From: an uncultured Candidatus Rokubacteria bacterium
Lineage (GTDB): Bacteria; Methylomirabilota; Methylomirabilia; Rokubacteriales; CSP1-6
Direction of reading: 5' to 3'
Assembly: GCA_963754315.1 (NCBI GenBank)
Contig: CAVWFS010000009.1
Location: forward strand, 1-64,000
DNA length: 64,000 nucleotides
The first letter of the stretch is position 1; each line of letters begins with the position of its first letter. The notes under the pieces were generated by a model that did not search any database, was not told the DNA's origin, and was given only the letters and a program-made list of their open reading frames with translations. This document shows positions 29,240 to 41,259 of the stretch, in pieces. Both the position numbers and the translations under genes were made by a program.

Positions 29240-30082
29240 CTAGCGGATGGTCGAGGCGGCGCCGCTCCGTTCGAGCCAGAAACGAGCGAGCTCGATGGGG
29301 CGCGGCCACCACACGTCGCCCTTGTCGCGAATCCGCTGGATGAGTCGCTCGACCATGCGCATGCGCGCGGGGCGGCCGATGATCTGGGGATGCCCGAGCC
29401 AGTTGAAGAAGCTTCCCTCCGCGTAGAGTCCCTCGAATTCCTCCGACCAGATCTCCCACACGTCCTGCTGGCTCCAGATCCCGTTGCCCACGGGGGGCAC
29501 CGCGCTCCACAGAAAGAAGGGCGCGTCGTTGTTGCACCATGCGGTGGGAAACTCCACAAGCCGCCCGTGTTGTGTCTCGTGGCAGTACGGCAAGTCCGTG
29601 TCGAGGGCATTGCTGTGGTAGACGAAGCCGTGCTTCGCGTAGAGATCCATGGTGTGCCGGCTGGGATCGGCGGACGGCACGCGGGCGCCGAGCGGGCGGA
29701 CGCCGAGGACCTTCTGGAAAATGGCGAGGCTCTTTCCCAGAAGCTCTTCCTCCTCCTCGCGGCCCTTCAGGAAGAAGGGTTTCTCGTGCAGGTAGCCGTG
29801 GTGGCCGACCTCGTGGCCGCGTCGCACGATGTCTTCACAGAGGGCGGGGTAGCGCTCGATGATCCAGCCCGGGATGAAGAAACAGGTCTTGAGGCCGTAG
29901 CGGTCGAGCAGGTCCAGGATGCGGGGCATGCCGGTCTTGGGCCCGTAGGCGCCCATGGACATGTGCAGCGGACGCTCGGCCAGCGCCGGATCGCGGTGGA
30001 TCCACGGACTCTCCCCGTCGAGGTCGAAGGTCATCATGACCGCACACCGCATGCCGTCGGGCCACGTCACCGCCTGTTGCAT
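29240..30082 (-). CDS. polysaccharide deacetylase family (CE4) protein
   Basis: TFDLD, YGPKTGMPRILDLL, HEVGHHGYLHE, HPQIIGRP. Confidence 0.9.
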   Translation of the reverse strand: MQQAVTWPDGMRCAVMMTFDLDGESPWIHRDPALAERPLHMSMGAYGPKTGMPRILDLLDRYGLKTCFFIPGWIIERYPALCEDIVRRGHEVGHHGYLHEKPFFLKGREEEEELLGKSLAIFQKVLGVRPLGARVPSADPSRHTMDLYAKHGFVYHSNALDTDLPYCHETQHGRLVEFPTAWCNNDAPFFLWSAVPPVGNGIWSQQDVWEIWSEEFEGLYAEGSFFNWLGHPQIIGRPARMRMVERLIQRIRDKGDVWWPRPIELARFWLERSGAASTIR

Positions 30083-30151
30083 TGGTCGACACCTCCATGG
30101 TCGCCGGCAGGATAGACGAGCGGGGTCAGCGCCGCAACGCGCGCGCCGGCG

Positions 30152-31165
30152 CTACGTGGCCACGCGGACGACGACCTTGCCCACGTGCCGCCCTGACAGC
30201 AGGTGGGCGAACGCCTGGCGCGCCGCCGATACGCCCTCGAAGACGCGATCGATGAGCGGGGTGATCCCGTGGGTTTCGACGAATCCCAGATAGCGCAGGA
30301 GATCGGCCCGACTCCCGACGAAGATGCCCTGCACGAGGATCCGTCGCATGAGGACCTCTGTGAGACTGAGCGCGCGGGCGCCGTGGCCAAGGGTGCCGAG
30401 AAGGGCGACACAGCCGCCATCTCGTGTAGCGGTCACGGACTGGTCGAAGGTGGCTTCGCCTCCCACGTCCAGCACCACGTCCACGCCTCCGCCGCTCCAT
30501 CGCCGTACCAGTGGACCCCAGGCTCCCTGCCGAGAGTTGACGGTGAAGTCGGCGCCCAGCTGGCGGACGCGTCCGAGCTTCTCGTCGGAGGAGGAGACCA
30601 CCGCCACCTCCGCGCCGAGCGTCTTGGCGATCTGAAGTCCGAGTGTGCTGAGGCCACCGGTCCCCAGCACGAGGACGCGCCGCCCCGGGCCCAGGCTGAT
30701 GTGGCTGGTCAGCGCACACCATGCCGCCAGGCCGGCGACCGGCAAGCACGCCGCCTGTTCGAGGGAGAGCGTCTTCGGGATCGGCACGAGGGCCGACTGA
30801 GGCAACACCCGCTCCTCAGCCAAGACGCCCTGGGCGGGACCGCCGAGGGTCGTGAGCCGCATCCGAGGCTCGAGGGGCCCGTCCGGCCAATCGGGAACCA
30901 TGTGCGTGCACACGCGGTCACCGACGGCAAAATCCGCCACGCCGGCCCCGATCTCCAGCACAACCCCCGCCCCGTCACTGCACGGAATGAGCGGCAGACT
31001 CAGGCCCGCCCCGTAAGTCCCGCGCATGACGAGCAGATCCCGATGGTTCAGCGAAACACTCCTAATGCCCACCCGCACCAGCCCAGCCCCCATAGGTTCG
31101 TGCTCTCTGTCCTCGCTCGCGAGGTGGGCGACCCCAAACCGCCGAATGGCCGCTACCTGGGGCAT
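30152..31165 (-). CDS. NAD(P)-dependent MDR oxidoreductase (possible trans enoyl reductase)
   Basis: SLNHRD, PLIPCSDGAG, VLGTGGLS, GRHVGKVV; 31 bp after the PKS stop. Confidence 0.85.
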   Translation of the reverse strand: MPQVAAIRRFGVAHLASEDREHEPMGAGLVRVGIRSVSLNHRDLLVMRGTYGAGLSLPLIPCSDGAGVVLEIGAGVADFAVGDRVCTHMVPDWPDGPLEPRMRLTTLGGPAQGVLAEERVLPQSALVPIPKTLSLEQAACLPVAGLAAWCALTSHISLGPGRRVLVLGTGGLSTLGLQIAKTLGAEVAVVSSSDEKLGRVRQLGADFTVNSRQGAWGPLVRRWSGGGVDVVLDVGGEATFDQSVTATRDGGCVALLGTLGHGARALSLTEVLMRRILVQGIFVGSRADLLRYLGFVETHGITPLIDRVFEGVSAARQAFAHLLSGRHVGKVVVRVAT

Positions 31166-31196
31166 TGCGTCCTACGCTCTGGCGGTCCGAAAGCGC

Positions 31197-34100
31197 CTAG
31201 AGCGGGTTGGCGAGTTCATGGTTGAGGACGCGCATCACGAACCGGTCGTCGTCGACGATCAGGAAGTGCTCGGTCTCGACCATGAAGAGCTGGAAGCGCT
31301 GCGTCGTGAAGCGACTCCACGATCGCGCATTCGCCGGCGAGACGTAGGTGTCCCGCGTCCCGGTCAGACAGGTGATGGGAAGGTCCCATGGCTCATCCGG
31401 CGCGTAGCGATACTTCGAGCTCATCTCGAACTCCGCGCGGATGACGGGCAGGAGAAGGCGGCGCAGCTCGCGGTCGCCGAGAAGGCTCTCGGTGGCCAGC
31501 ACGTTGAACTGGAGAATCGCCTCGCGCAAATACCTCATCGGACTGGCGATAGATGGGCTCGAACACGCTGTAGCCGGGGACCTTCAACAGCTTTTCCAGC
31601 AGATTGGTCTCGAAGTCCTGCTGCCGGTGCAACTCGTCGGGCGGGCGCGCCCCGGACACGAAGGCGTGCATGGGCGCGCGGCCGTGCTGGCGCATCAGGG
31701 TACGCACGGTCTCGAACAGGGTCAACGCGCCCAGGCAATGTCCGTAGACCGCGAACGGCTTGTCCAGGAACGGGAGCAGGGCGGGGACGAGACGCTCGAC
31801 AAAGGTCGCCACCGCGCGAATGGGTGGCTCGTCCAGGCGGGTCTGCCGACCCGGCGGTTCGATGGCCACCAGCTCGATGCGCGGATCCAGGTGTGGCGCC
31901 CACGACCGGAACGTGAGAGCGCCGCCGCCCGCGAATGGGAAGCAGAAGAGACGGGTGGTCGCGCCAGGATTCGGGCGGTGGAAGATGAGCCAGCCATCAC
32001 CGGCTACCCGCCCGGTTGACCCGTTGCTGGTCGAGCGCGTGTCCGGCGAGGCCGCCGCGGGCCCGAAGAGCTCTTCGACGAGCCCCACGATGCTCGGGCC
32101 TTTCAGGAGCAGCGCCGTGGGAACGGGCACCCGCAGGGCTTGCCGGAGCCGGGTCGCCAGGTTCACCGCCAGCAGTGAATCGAGGCCGAGCTCGTTGAGG
32201 GGCTGGCGTCACCGGGATGTTGCCCTCCACCCCGAGCACCTGCCCCACGTGCGACCGGACGATCTCCACCCGACGTTCCGGGGTTTCATCGGGCGCGACC
32301 TCGGCGATGGTATTCCGCGCGGCGGGCGCCAGCTCGCGGAAGAAGGGGGGCGCCTCGGAGAACTGGGCCAAGAACTCTGGCCAACGCGTGTCGCACACGA
32401 CGATCGGGGATCGCTCCGCGTCGAGGAATCGCAGGAGCACATCGAGGCAGATCTGGGGAGACAGCCGCGACGTGCCCCGCTGCTTCCACAGTGACGCGCC
32501 AGCCCGCCCCCAGCGTTCATCCAGCCCCACGTCGGCCCACGGCCCCCAGTGGAACACCATCGCCGGCAGGCCCGCCGAGCGCCGCGTGGCGGCCAGAGCA
32601 TCCAGAGAGCTGTTGGCGGCCGTGTAGGACGCCTGTCCCAGACCACCCCACAGGCTCAGAACCGACGAGAAGAGCACGAAGAAGTCGAGGTCGATCTTGC
32701 GGGTGGCCCGGCTGAGCAGCCACGCTCCCGTCATCTTCGGCATCAGTACACGGCCGAACTGCTCCCCTGTGAGGTTGGCGAGCACCGCGTCCTCGAACAC
32801 CGCCGCAAGGTGGATGACGCCCTTCAGGGGCGGCATGTGCTCGCGGAGGTGGGCGAGGACGGCCGCCGTATCCGCTTCGTTCGCCACGTCAGAGGCCAGC
32901 ACGACGACCTTGGCGCGCTGTCTCAGGGCCTGAAGGGCCGCGGAATCGTCTGACTGGGACGCCTGTCGCCCGGTGAGCAGGAGGTGGCGGGCGCCCGCGT
33001 CCACCAGCGCGTCGGCGGTCTTGAGCCCGATTGCACCGAGGCCGCCCACGATCCAGTAGGTCGCATCCTCTGCGAGGCGGTGCCGCGGCGGCAGGTTCGG
33101 GAATCGCGCACGCACGAACCTGGGTGCCAGACGTTTTTCTCCGCACAGGAGGATTTGATCCTCGCCGGCCCCATCCTTGAGCTCGCGCAGGAGACGCTCG
33201 GCCGCTGTCTGCGCGTCGTCGTCGGGCGGCAAGTCGATCAACCCACCCCACAGCTCGGGATACTCGAGCGCAATCGTGCGACCGAGTCCCCACAGCGGGC
33301 CTTGCGCCATGCCGAGAGGTGTTTCCCCTCCCGTCTCGAACGCTTGGGCGCCGCGGGTCACGATCCACAGCCGGGACGGTTCGTGGACGCGCTCGCGGTA
33401 ACCGGCCAAGGCTTTCAGCAGGCCGATGCAGGCCCCGCCGACGTAGGCGTGCGTCGCGGTCGTCGGGGAGCCTTCAGTGAGAGTCATGGGCTGTGCTCGA
33501 AGGCCCCAGAGGTAGACGAGACCAAGGGCGCCGTCCTCGGCCCGACGAACGAGCGCATCGAAGTGAAAGGGCTCGGCGAGTGCCGTCGATGGAGGATCCG
33601 CTTCGGGCACGATCACCTCGACGTCGCAGTCCTCGGCGCGCAACAACGCCGCCAGGCGCTGGCCGACTCCCGCGGCGTCGGCGAGCAGACACCAGTGCTT
33701 TGGTAGCGGACGGCCCGTCTCCGACCGAGGCACCTCGCGCCAGGCCACGTGGTAGAGGAGAGCATCGAGCCGCGGATCGTCGGGCCCCGCCAGCCGCTCG
33801 TCGGAAGTCTCGTGAATCGTCACACCCTTGAAGAGGGCCACTGGCCGACCGTCCTCGCCATAGGCTCGAATGTCGACCTTCAGCCGCGACTCATCGCCGC
33901 CCTCGCGGCTGACGACGAGGCCATGCACCCAGCCCGCTGCCACGCCTGATCGGTAGATCTGGAACGACTCCATCCCGATCGGCACGTACGCCTTGCCCTC
34001 CGTCGTGCTGTCCGTCTCGAAGAGCCCGTACTTCTCGACGAGGGCCGCGTACACGTGCAGGCAGGCGTCGAGGAACGCGGGATGCAGCAAGTAGCCCTGC

Positions 34101-37100
34101 CCCGTGAGGGTGGAGGGAAGCTCGACTCTGGCAAACGCCTCATCACCATGACGCCAGAGAGCGGCCACGCCCTGAAAGGCCGGACCGTAGGACAGCCCCC
34201 GTGTCGCGAGGAAGCGATAGAAGCGCTCGGGGGGGACATCACGCGGACCAGCGCGGAGCGCATGTGACGGAAATGGCGGTGGCTCGGCCTCAGCGGCAGC
34301 ATCCTCCACGGTGCCGCTGACATGCAGATGCCAGGGCGCACCATCGTCCATCCCCCTGCTTTCCAGGCGAAAGGCCGCGTGTCTGCCGTGCTCTTCGAAC
34401 TGCAGATGGACCCAGAGCGGGCGATCGGGGAGCAGGCTCAGCGCGCGCTCGTAGAGCAGCTCGGTGATGATCGGCCGTGCGAATCCGAGGGCCTGGACGA
34501 CCGCGCTCGAGATCGCCTCCAGCACCACGGTCGTGGGAAGGACGATCTGCTGGAAGACCCGATGGTCGTTCAGGAACGGAAGTCGCTCGACATCGAGGAG
34601 CGTCTCGAACCGCAGATGGTCGCCGCCCAGCCGCTCGCCGAGGAATGGGTGGGCCGTATCGTCAGGCGACAGGTTGCCCGCCGCGGTGGCAGTGCTCTCG
34701 GCGCGTCGCGGCTCGAGCCACCAGCGACGGTGCTGGAAGGGATAGGTAGGCAGGCTGACCCGGCGTCCCCGCGCGGGCTCGACATTGTCCCAGTGGATCG
34801 TGTGACCCCGCATGTACACGTGACCCACCGCTTCCAGGAGGCTTGGCCAGTCGCCGCGCTCCTGGGTCAGCGAGCTCACCCAGCCGATTGCCCCCGCGTT
34901 GGCCGCCTCCGTGTGCTTCACGCTCCGGCGTCCCAGATTGATCAAGGTCGCGCCCGGCCCCACTTCCAGGAACAAAGAGGGCGCGCGCACCACGGCCTGC
35001 AGCGCCGCCTGGAAGCGCACGGAGTGCCGAATCTGGTCACGCCAGTAGCGCGCGTCGGGAGGCTCGGTGACCTCGCCGCCGGTCAGGGTCGAGATCCAAC
35101 GCAGACGCGGGGGCCCGCACGACACCGTGCGGGCGGCGGCCTCGAACGTCTCCAGCATCGGGTCCATGAGCGAGGAGTGGAACGCGTGCGACGCGTTGAT
35201 CTCCATGACTGGCACGCCGCGCGGCCGCAGTGCCTTCACGAAGGCGGCGAGCGCCAAGGCACTGCCCGAGACCACGATCCGGTCGGACGCATTCACGGCG
35301 GCGACGGCCAGATCGTTGCCCGTGGTGGGCCAGGCGCTCTGAACGGTGTCGAGATCGGCTCCGACGGACACCATGCCGCCCCGTTCTCGCAACGCTTCCA
35401 TCAGCTGCGCCCGCACGGCCACCAGCCGTACCGCGTCCGGGAGAGAGCAGACACCGGCCGTCACCGCCGCCGCGAACTCTCCGATGCTGTGTCCGATCAC
35501 TGCGTCGGGGACGATTCCCCACCGGCGCCAGAGCTCGGTCAGGGCGATCTGCAGGGAGAAGAGGGCGGGCTGGGCATAGAGCGTGCGATGCAGGCCCGCG
35601 TCATCGTCTCCGAAGAGAACGTCGGCCAGGGGAATGTCGGCGGCCGCGAACAGCGCGAAGCACTGCTCGAGTGTGTCCTTGAAGGACGGCTCGGCACGGT
35701 AGATCGCTTCGCCCATCCGCGCGTACTGGGCACCCTGTCCGGAGAAGAGAAACGTGATCGGCTCGCGCGGGCTGGCGCTGACCTGCACCGGCGGAGCGCC
35801 GAGGATCCTGTCGAGCGCGGCTCGTAGCTCGTCCCGATCGCGCCCGACGATCGAGACGCGATGGCCAAAGTGGTGGCGCCCCCGATTCAGCGTGAAGCAC
35901 GTGTCCGAAGCCTCGGGCGCATCGGGTGACGTCAGCGCGTTGCGGAGGCGAGCGAGCTGGGCGGCCAGCGCGTCCTCAGTGTGAGCAGAGACGTTCAGGA
36001 TGAACGCGCGCCGGGTGTTCCGAGAGCGCGGCTTCGGCGGCGGGGCGGCCTCGAGGACGACGAATGCGTTCGTCCCGCCCATCCCGACCGAGTTCACCCC
36101 GGCCCGGCGCGGGCCCGGCCCGTCGTCGAACGACCGCAGTGCCGTGTTGACGAAGAAGGGCGACCGCTCGAGCGGAATGCGGGGGTTCAAAGTATCGAAG
36201 TGCAGACTCGGAGGGATCACGCCATGCTTCAACGCGAGCGCAGTCTTGATGAGGCTGGCCATCCCCGCGCACTGCTCGAGGTGGCCCACGTTGGATTTGA
36301 CCGAGCCGATCGCACAGAATCCACGGTGTGGGGTGTGCGCGCGGAAGGCCCGGGTGAGGGCCTGGATCTCCAGGGGGTCACCGAGCGCGGTGGCGGTGCC
36401 GTGACACTCCACGTAGCGGAGGCTGCTGGCATCGACGTTCGCCGCCGCCAGCGCCTCGGTCACGGCCCGGGCCTGGCCGGTCGCGGTGGACGCTGTATAG
36501 TTCAGCTTGTGGCCGCCGTCGTTGTTGATGGCGGCGCCCTTGATGACCGCGTAGACGTGATCGCCAGCGGCACGGGCTGCTCGGAGCGGCTTCAGCAGCA
36601 GGGCTGCGACCCCGCTGCCGAACAGGGTGCCGCTCGCCTTCGAGTCGAACGCCCGGCAATGACCATCGATCGAATAGATGTTGCCGGGCTCGGCCAGGTA
36701 CCCACGGACGTGAGGAACGCGAACGACCGAGGCTCCGGCCAAGGCCATGTCCGCTTCGCCGTCGAGGAGTCCGCGACAGGCGAGGTGGACTGCCAGCAGC
36801 GATGTAGAGCAAGCGCTCTGGACATTTACGCTTGGACCAGTCAGATTCAGCTTGAAGGACACCCGCGAGCAGAGGAAGTCACGGTCGTTGCCGATGTGGC
36901 CGAGGTCGCCAGTCTGGCCGCGCAGATCCGGGTGGCACAGGCGCACCATGTAACTCGAAACCAAACCGCCCGCGCCTGCGTACACCCCCACGTGTCCCTT
37001 GCCACCGAGCGGGTCGTAGCCGGCGTCTTCCAGGGCCTCCCAGGCGACCTCGAGGAACAGTCGGTGCTGGGGATCCATCAGGCGGGCCTCGCGGGGGGAG

Positions 37101-37336
37101 TACCCGAAGAAGGCTGCGTCGAACTCGTCGTGGCCTTGGAGGACCGGGGCGGCCTTGACATAGGAGGGGTGACGCACGAGATCGGCATCTTCGCCGGCCG
37201 CCAGCAGCTCGGCGTCCGAGAAGAACGTGATCGACTCGACACCGCCGACGAGATTGTCCCAGAAGGCCCGAGGGTGGGCGGCTCCCGGGAACCGGCAGGC
37301 CATGCCCACGATGGCGATGTCCCAGGGACGCTTCAC
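31197..37336 (-). CDS. type I PKS-B, KS-AT-DH-KR-ACP-TE(Cys), frameshifts near 32206 and 31525
   Basis: GTG start overlapping the ACP stop; KS VQSACSTS/ECHGTAT/GHLE; AT GHSIG/HAFHS; DH DHRVFQQIVLP; KR GGLGAIG/YTAAN; ACP LGLDSL; TE GHCLG. Confidence 0.9.
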
Positions 37337-37608
37337 CGAGTGTTGACGTACTCCTGGTAGGCGCGACAGAGATCGCCTACCGTCCGCACCTCGGTGATGG
37401 CCGTGGCTTCCAGGAATGGATCGATCTTCCACCGGCGTTCGAGCTTGGCCACCAAGGCGGCCAGGTCGAGCGAGCTGAGGCCGGTGGCGACGAGATCGTC
37501 CTCCTCGTCGAAGCGCGGCACGGGCTTGCCGCCCAACTTCAAAATTTCGACAATGGTCCGGTGGATGGTCGCCTCGATCTCCGGCCCGGTGAGCTGATCT
37601 CTCAGCAC
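37333..37608 (-). CDS. free-standing acyl carrier protein
   Basis: FDEEDDLVATGLSSLDLAALVAKLE...EVRTVGDL; lies between the SDR and PKS-B. Confidence 0.8.
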   Translation of the reverse strand: MLRDQLTGPEIEATIHRTIVEILKLGGKPVPRFDEEDDLVATGLSSLDLAALVAKLERRWKIDPFLEATAITEVRTVGDLCRAYQEYVNTR

Positions 37609-38336
37609 GTGACGCCGCCGTCGACGACGAGGGTGTGCCCGGTGATGAACGATGCCGCGGGGGAGATGAGAAACAGCGCCGCCTCGGTGATCTCGTCCAT
37701 CGTGCCGAGGCGACCCAGAGGTGTACCGCGCACGAGCTTCTCCATCTGACGCTCGGTGAGGCGGCTGACCATCTCGCTGTCGAAATAGCCGGGTGCCAGC
37801 GAGTTGACCCGGATGTTCTTGGGTCCGAGCTCGCGGGCGAGTGCCCGGGTGAACCCGTCCAGGGCGGCCTTGGTCGCGCTGTACACAGCCACCCCGGCAT
37901 TGCCGCGGATGGCGTTCACCGACGAGATGTTGAGGATACAGCCCCTCCCGCGGGCGATCATCGACGGCGTGCAGAGCCGAGCCAGCACGACGTTGGTGCG
38001 CAGGTTGACGGCAAGAGTCTCGTCGATCTCGCTGAGTCGCATCAGCGGGAAGAGCCCGAAGCGACCCACGCCGGCATTGTTGACCAGCACGTCGACACCG
38101 CCGTAGCGCTCGATGACCGTGTCCACGAACCGGCGCAGCGCCGTGTCGTCGCGCCCATCCACGGCGGTCCAATGAAACTGGGCCCCCTGCGGGTCGCGCT
38201 CCCGTTGTTCTTCAAGAAAGGGACTCGTGGTGCGGCTGAAGGTGGCCACAATGTGTCCCAGATCCAGGCAGCGGCGGGCGAGGGCAGCGCCCAGGCCCCG
38301 GCTTCCTCCGCTGATGAGCACGACCGGCTGGTCCAT
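37602..38336 (-). CDS. FabG-like SDR (3-oxoacyl-ACP reductase family)
   Basis: ISGGSRGLG, VNNAG, NISS, YSATK, TPLGRLG, VDGG. Confidence 0.9.
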   Translation of the reverse strand: MDQPVVLISGGSRGLGAALARRCLDLGHIVATFSRTTSPFLEEQRERDPQGAQFHWTAVDGRDDTALRRFVDTVIERYGGVDVLVNNAGVGRFGLFPLMRLSEIDETLAVNLRTNVVLARLCTPSMIARGRGCILNISSVNAIRGNAGVAVYSATKAALDGFTRALARELGPKNIRVNSLAPGYFDSEMVSRLTERQMEKLVRGTPLGRLGTMDEITEAALFLISPAASFITGHTLVVDGGVTC

Positions 38337-39706
38337 TTATGCCACGACGCCGATCGAGCCCGGCCGGACCTTCTTGAACCGCTGTCCATGATGGCTACCG
38401 GCCACGATCTCGACCACGAGGGGAACCTTGTAGTCGGCCAGGCGCCCCCGACAGAACCGGCGCAGACGCCGCTCGAATGACTCCTGATCCTCGGGTTGGG
38501 CCAGCGACACGCGCGCCGCGACAACCTGGCCCGTGACCGGATTGGCCTCACCCCACACGGTGACGTCCGAGACGTTGTGCAGCTCCAACAGGGCGCTCTC
38601 GACCTCGCTCGGATAGACCTTCTGGCCCCCGACATTGATGAGCTCGGTCGTCCGGCCCAGGATCCGGACGTAGGGCCCGTCCACCTCCACGACGTCGTGG
38701 GTGTTGTACCAGCCATCCTCGTCGAAGGGGCTGGGCGCGTTGAGATAACCCAGCATCGCCGTCTCCGATCGGAGCCACAGCACGTTGTCGACGACCCGTG
38801 CCTCGCAGCCGCGGCCGCCCACCTCGAGCCAGAGCGATCCGGGAGCCCGGGAGCGCGTGGGGAGCACCCCGAGCTCGGTCAGACCGTAGGTCTGCTTGAG
38901 GCCAACCCCCGGGAATGTCCGCTGAAGGGCCGCCAGCGTGCTCGCCGGCATCGGCTCGGTGCCGTAGGTGATCAGTTTCAGCGACGAGAGATCGTGGCGC
39001 TCGTGCACCCGTGAGATCACCAGCATGCGCAGAAAGGTCGGCGTCGTGGGAAGCAACTGGATGCGATGACGCTCGATGGCCCGGGCCACTGCCTCCGGCT
39101 GGCGCTCGTCGCCGATGACGAGCGTGCCGCCGTGAGCCAGGGTGTGCAGCATCGTGTGAATGCCCCCCAGGTGGTCGAGCTTGAGAAAGACGAGCGTGCG
39201 ATACCCGGGCCGCGGCGTCCGATACCGCTCGACCAAGGTGCCGAAGTCGAAGAGGGCGGCCTTGCCGTGACCAGTCGTGCCGGAGGTGAACACGACGAGG
39301 CCGGGCGCGCCTCGCGCCCGCAGACGCTCCAGGAGGCCCGGCGGGGTCCGGGGTGTCAGAGACGTGTAGGACCAGCTCGCGCCGTCGTCTGCGAACTCGA
39401 AGAGGGCCTCGGCCGCGGCGGCGGCCAGCAGCGGCCGCACGTCCTCGTTCAGCGGCAGCGCGACCACGACCCGGCGCTGAAACAGAAGGGCGAGAAACAG
39501 GGCGCAGATGCCCGGCGAGTAGTCGCCGCGGACGGCCACCACGGGTCCGGCCGCCAGGCCCCGCTCGGCGAGGCCGCCGTTGCCACGCCTCGATACTGGC
39601 GAAGCAGCTGGGCGTAGGTGAGGGAACGCTCCCGGTGGACGATGGCCTCGCGATCGGCGAAGGCCGCCATCCGGTCCAGCAGCCAGGAATGGACGGATGG
39701 GTTCAT
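38337..39706 (-). CDS. short AMP-binding acyl ligase (acyl-CoA/acyl-ACP synthetase), frameshift near 39570
   Basis: N-terminus MNPSVHSWLLDRMAAFADREAIV; FTSGTTGHGK, TYGLTE, GRTTELINVGGQKVYP, FKKVR. Confidence 0.85.
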
Positions 39707-40041
39707 TCTGGCGAACCCTGAGCGACCCACCCGTCCGGTCGACCCGGAAATCCGTTCCGTCCTGTCCCGTTCCCGGCCGTCTCGCCGTGCTCCTCCAGCC
39801 ACTGCTCGAGGCGCGCGCGATGCTCGCGGATCAGGTCCCGCTGCACGGTCACGACCTTGGTGCCGAGCGACCGCTGAACCCGCAGGAGGGCGAGCAGGGA
39901 GGCCATGAAGGTCTTGAGGCTCGTGTTGACCTTCCCTTCATCCCAGGCGCTCATCTCCAGGAGCGACTCGTAGAGGTCCAGCAGGGTCAGCTGAAAGACC
40001 ACGATGCTCCGGAAGTTGTCCGCCTCGGCGGGCTCGGTCAT
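39703..40041 (-). CDS. small helical hypothetical protein B (apparent paralog of 53651..54001)
   Basis: ATGA overlaps on both sides; MTEPAEADNF...FQLTLLDLYESLL...QRSLGTKVVTVQRDLIR. Confidence 0.7.
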   Translation of the reverse strand: MTEPAEADNFRSIVVFQLTLLDLYESLLEMSAWDEGKVNTSLKTFMASLLALLRVQRSLGTKVVTVQRDLIREHRARLEQWLEEHGETAGNGTGRNGFPGRPDGWVAQGSPE

Positions 40042-41255
40042 GGACCACCGCCCGGCGGTGGGACTCTCGCTCCGGGCAAATTCTTGAACACGTTCCCCAG
40101 CAGGCTGAGGAAGTCCCCCTCCCGCGTGTCTTCCGACAGAGTCCGCAAATAGCGGTTCTTCTCCTGGAGTTGGATGGGTTGCCCCTTCGGGACTGTCTGA
40201 CCGGCATCGCCTTCCTCGCAGAACTTCGAAGCCGCCCGATGCCCGGTGTCCCACAAGGTGACGGCGTTGGAGTACGTCCATTCCAGGAGCTTGCCGCTCT
40301 TCCACGGCGGAATCTCGAACCGGAGCCGATAGGCTTTCGGTGGGGAGAAGTTGGGAATCGGTGGCGGTTCCATGTTGAAGAACTCGTCCTGGGCGGCATA
40401 CAGGGCGGCCACGTTCTCGGCGAGCGTCACGATGGGGTCCATGATGGTCAGCTCGAGAGCCTCGTAGAGGCTTTCCGGGTCGACCCACAGGTCGGAACCA
40501 ATCGTGTCGATCACGATCATCGCGTCGAGGCCTGTCACCGCTGACGGCGGCTTGTTCTGCAATGCCGCCTCAATAGCCGACGGATCGTGGGAGGCCCCCT
40601 CCGTGAACAGTGGTCCCCCCACCGTGGCCGCCGTGGGAGGGTACAGCCACGGCATGGCCAGGGCCGCGTAGAACGCGTCTGGCGTCATCGTTTTCTTGTC
40701 GAACTTCTCCAGCCTCTGCGTTTCCAGACTGAACGTGTTGAGGAAGAACTCTTGCGGGGCGTTGGGCAGGGCGTTCCAGTCCACGAGGTCGTTCACGACC
40801 TGGACCCGGTTGAGCACCGACTTGGACCAGTAGTTGAGGGTGGTAGGAGTGATGGCGGCGGTCACCAAATCGATGACGTCGTTGTAGAGGCGCTTGCCCG
40901 AGTTCGTGGACCGCTCGCTTGGATGCAGCGGAAAATGCGGAATCATCTGCCCCAGCTGCCAGAACAGGGGCGCGAACGGACCGTATTTGAAGAAGACCTT
41001 GTAGTTACTCGGGATGAGGTCGTAGATCGCATCGTGAATGTTGATGTCGACGAGGCATTTGAGAGCGGTCTCGGGATCGCCCTTCCTGGGCACCATGTAC
41101 AGGAGGGCGGGAAGGGCGCCGGCCCCGGCGGCCGCCAGCACCTGGAACTGCACGTTGTGCTCGTGAAACGCGCATAACGCCCCCGCCGCCAGGTGGAGGG
41201 TCGGGGCACCTCCGCTGACCAGCACACCGAGCCTGGGTGTTTTTCCGTTGCTCAC
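40038..41255 (-). CDS. divergent patatin-like protein 3 (nucleophile Ser absent)
   Basis: GAGGTGAGG RBS, GTG start; LGVLVSGGAP, VLAAAGAGAL, FTEGA; homologous to the other two patatins (NYKVFFKYGP, YNDVIDL). Confidence 0.75.
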   Translation of the reverse strand: MSNGKTPRLGVLVSGGAPTLHLAAGALCAFHEHNVQFQVLAAAGAGALPALLYMVPRKGDPETALKCLVDINIHDAIYDLIPSNYKVFFKYGPFAPLFWQLGQMIPHFPLHPSERSTNSGKRLYNDVIDLVTAAITPTTLNYWSKSVLNRVQVVNDLVDWNALPNAPQEFFLNTFSLETQRLEKFDKKTMTPDAFYAALAMPWLYPPTAATVGGPLFTEGASHDPSAIEAALQNKPPSAVTGLDAMIVIDTIGSDLWVDPESLYEALELTIMDPIVTLAENVAALYAAQDEFFNMEPPPIPNFSPPKAYRLRFEIPPWKSGKLLEWTYSNAVTLWDTGHRAASKFCEEGDAGQTVPKGQPIQLQEKNRYLRTLSEDTREGDFLSLLGNVFKNLPGARVPPPGGGP

Positions 41256-41259
41256 GGCC

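Noticed and set aside
28051..30082. Deacetylase and sorbosone dehydrogenase as tailoring genes of the PKS operon
   Set aside because: Co-oriented but separated by a 69-bp gap and common as stand-alone genes; no sequence evidence of linkage, though not excluded
31500..32230. Programmed frameshifting to make the ACP/TE of PKS-B optional
   Set aside because: No slippery heptamer at the sites; the same indel pattern occurs in unrelated genes, and paralog PKS-A is continuous
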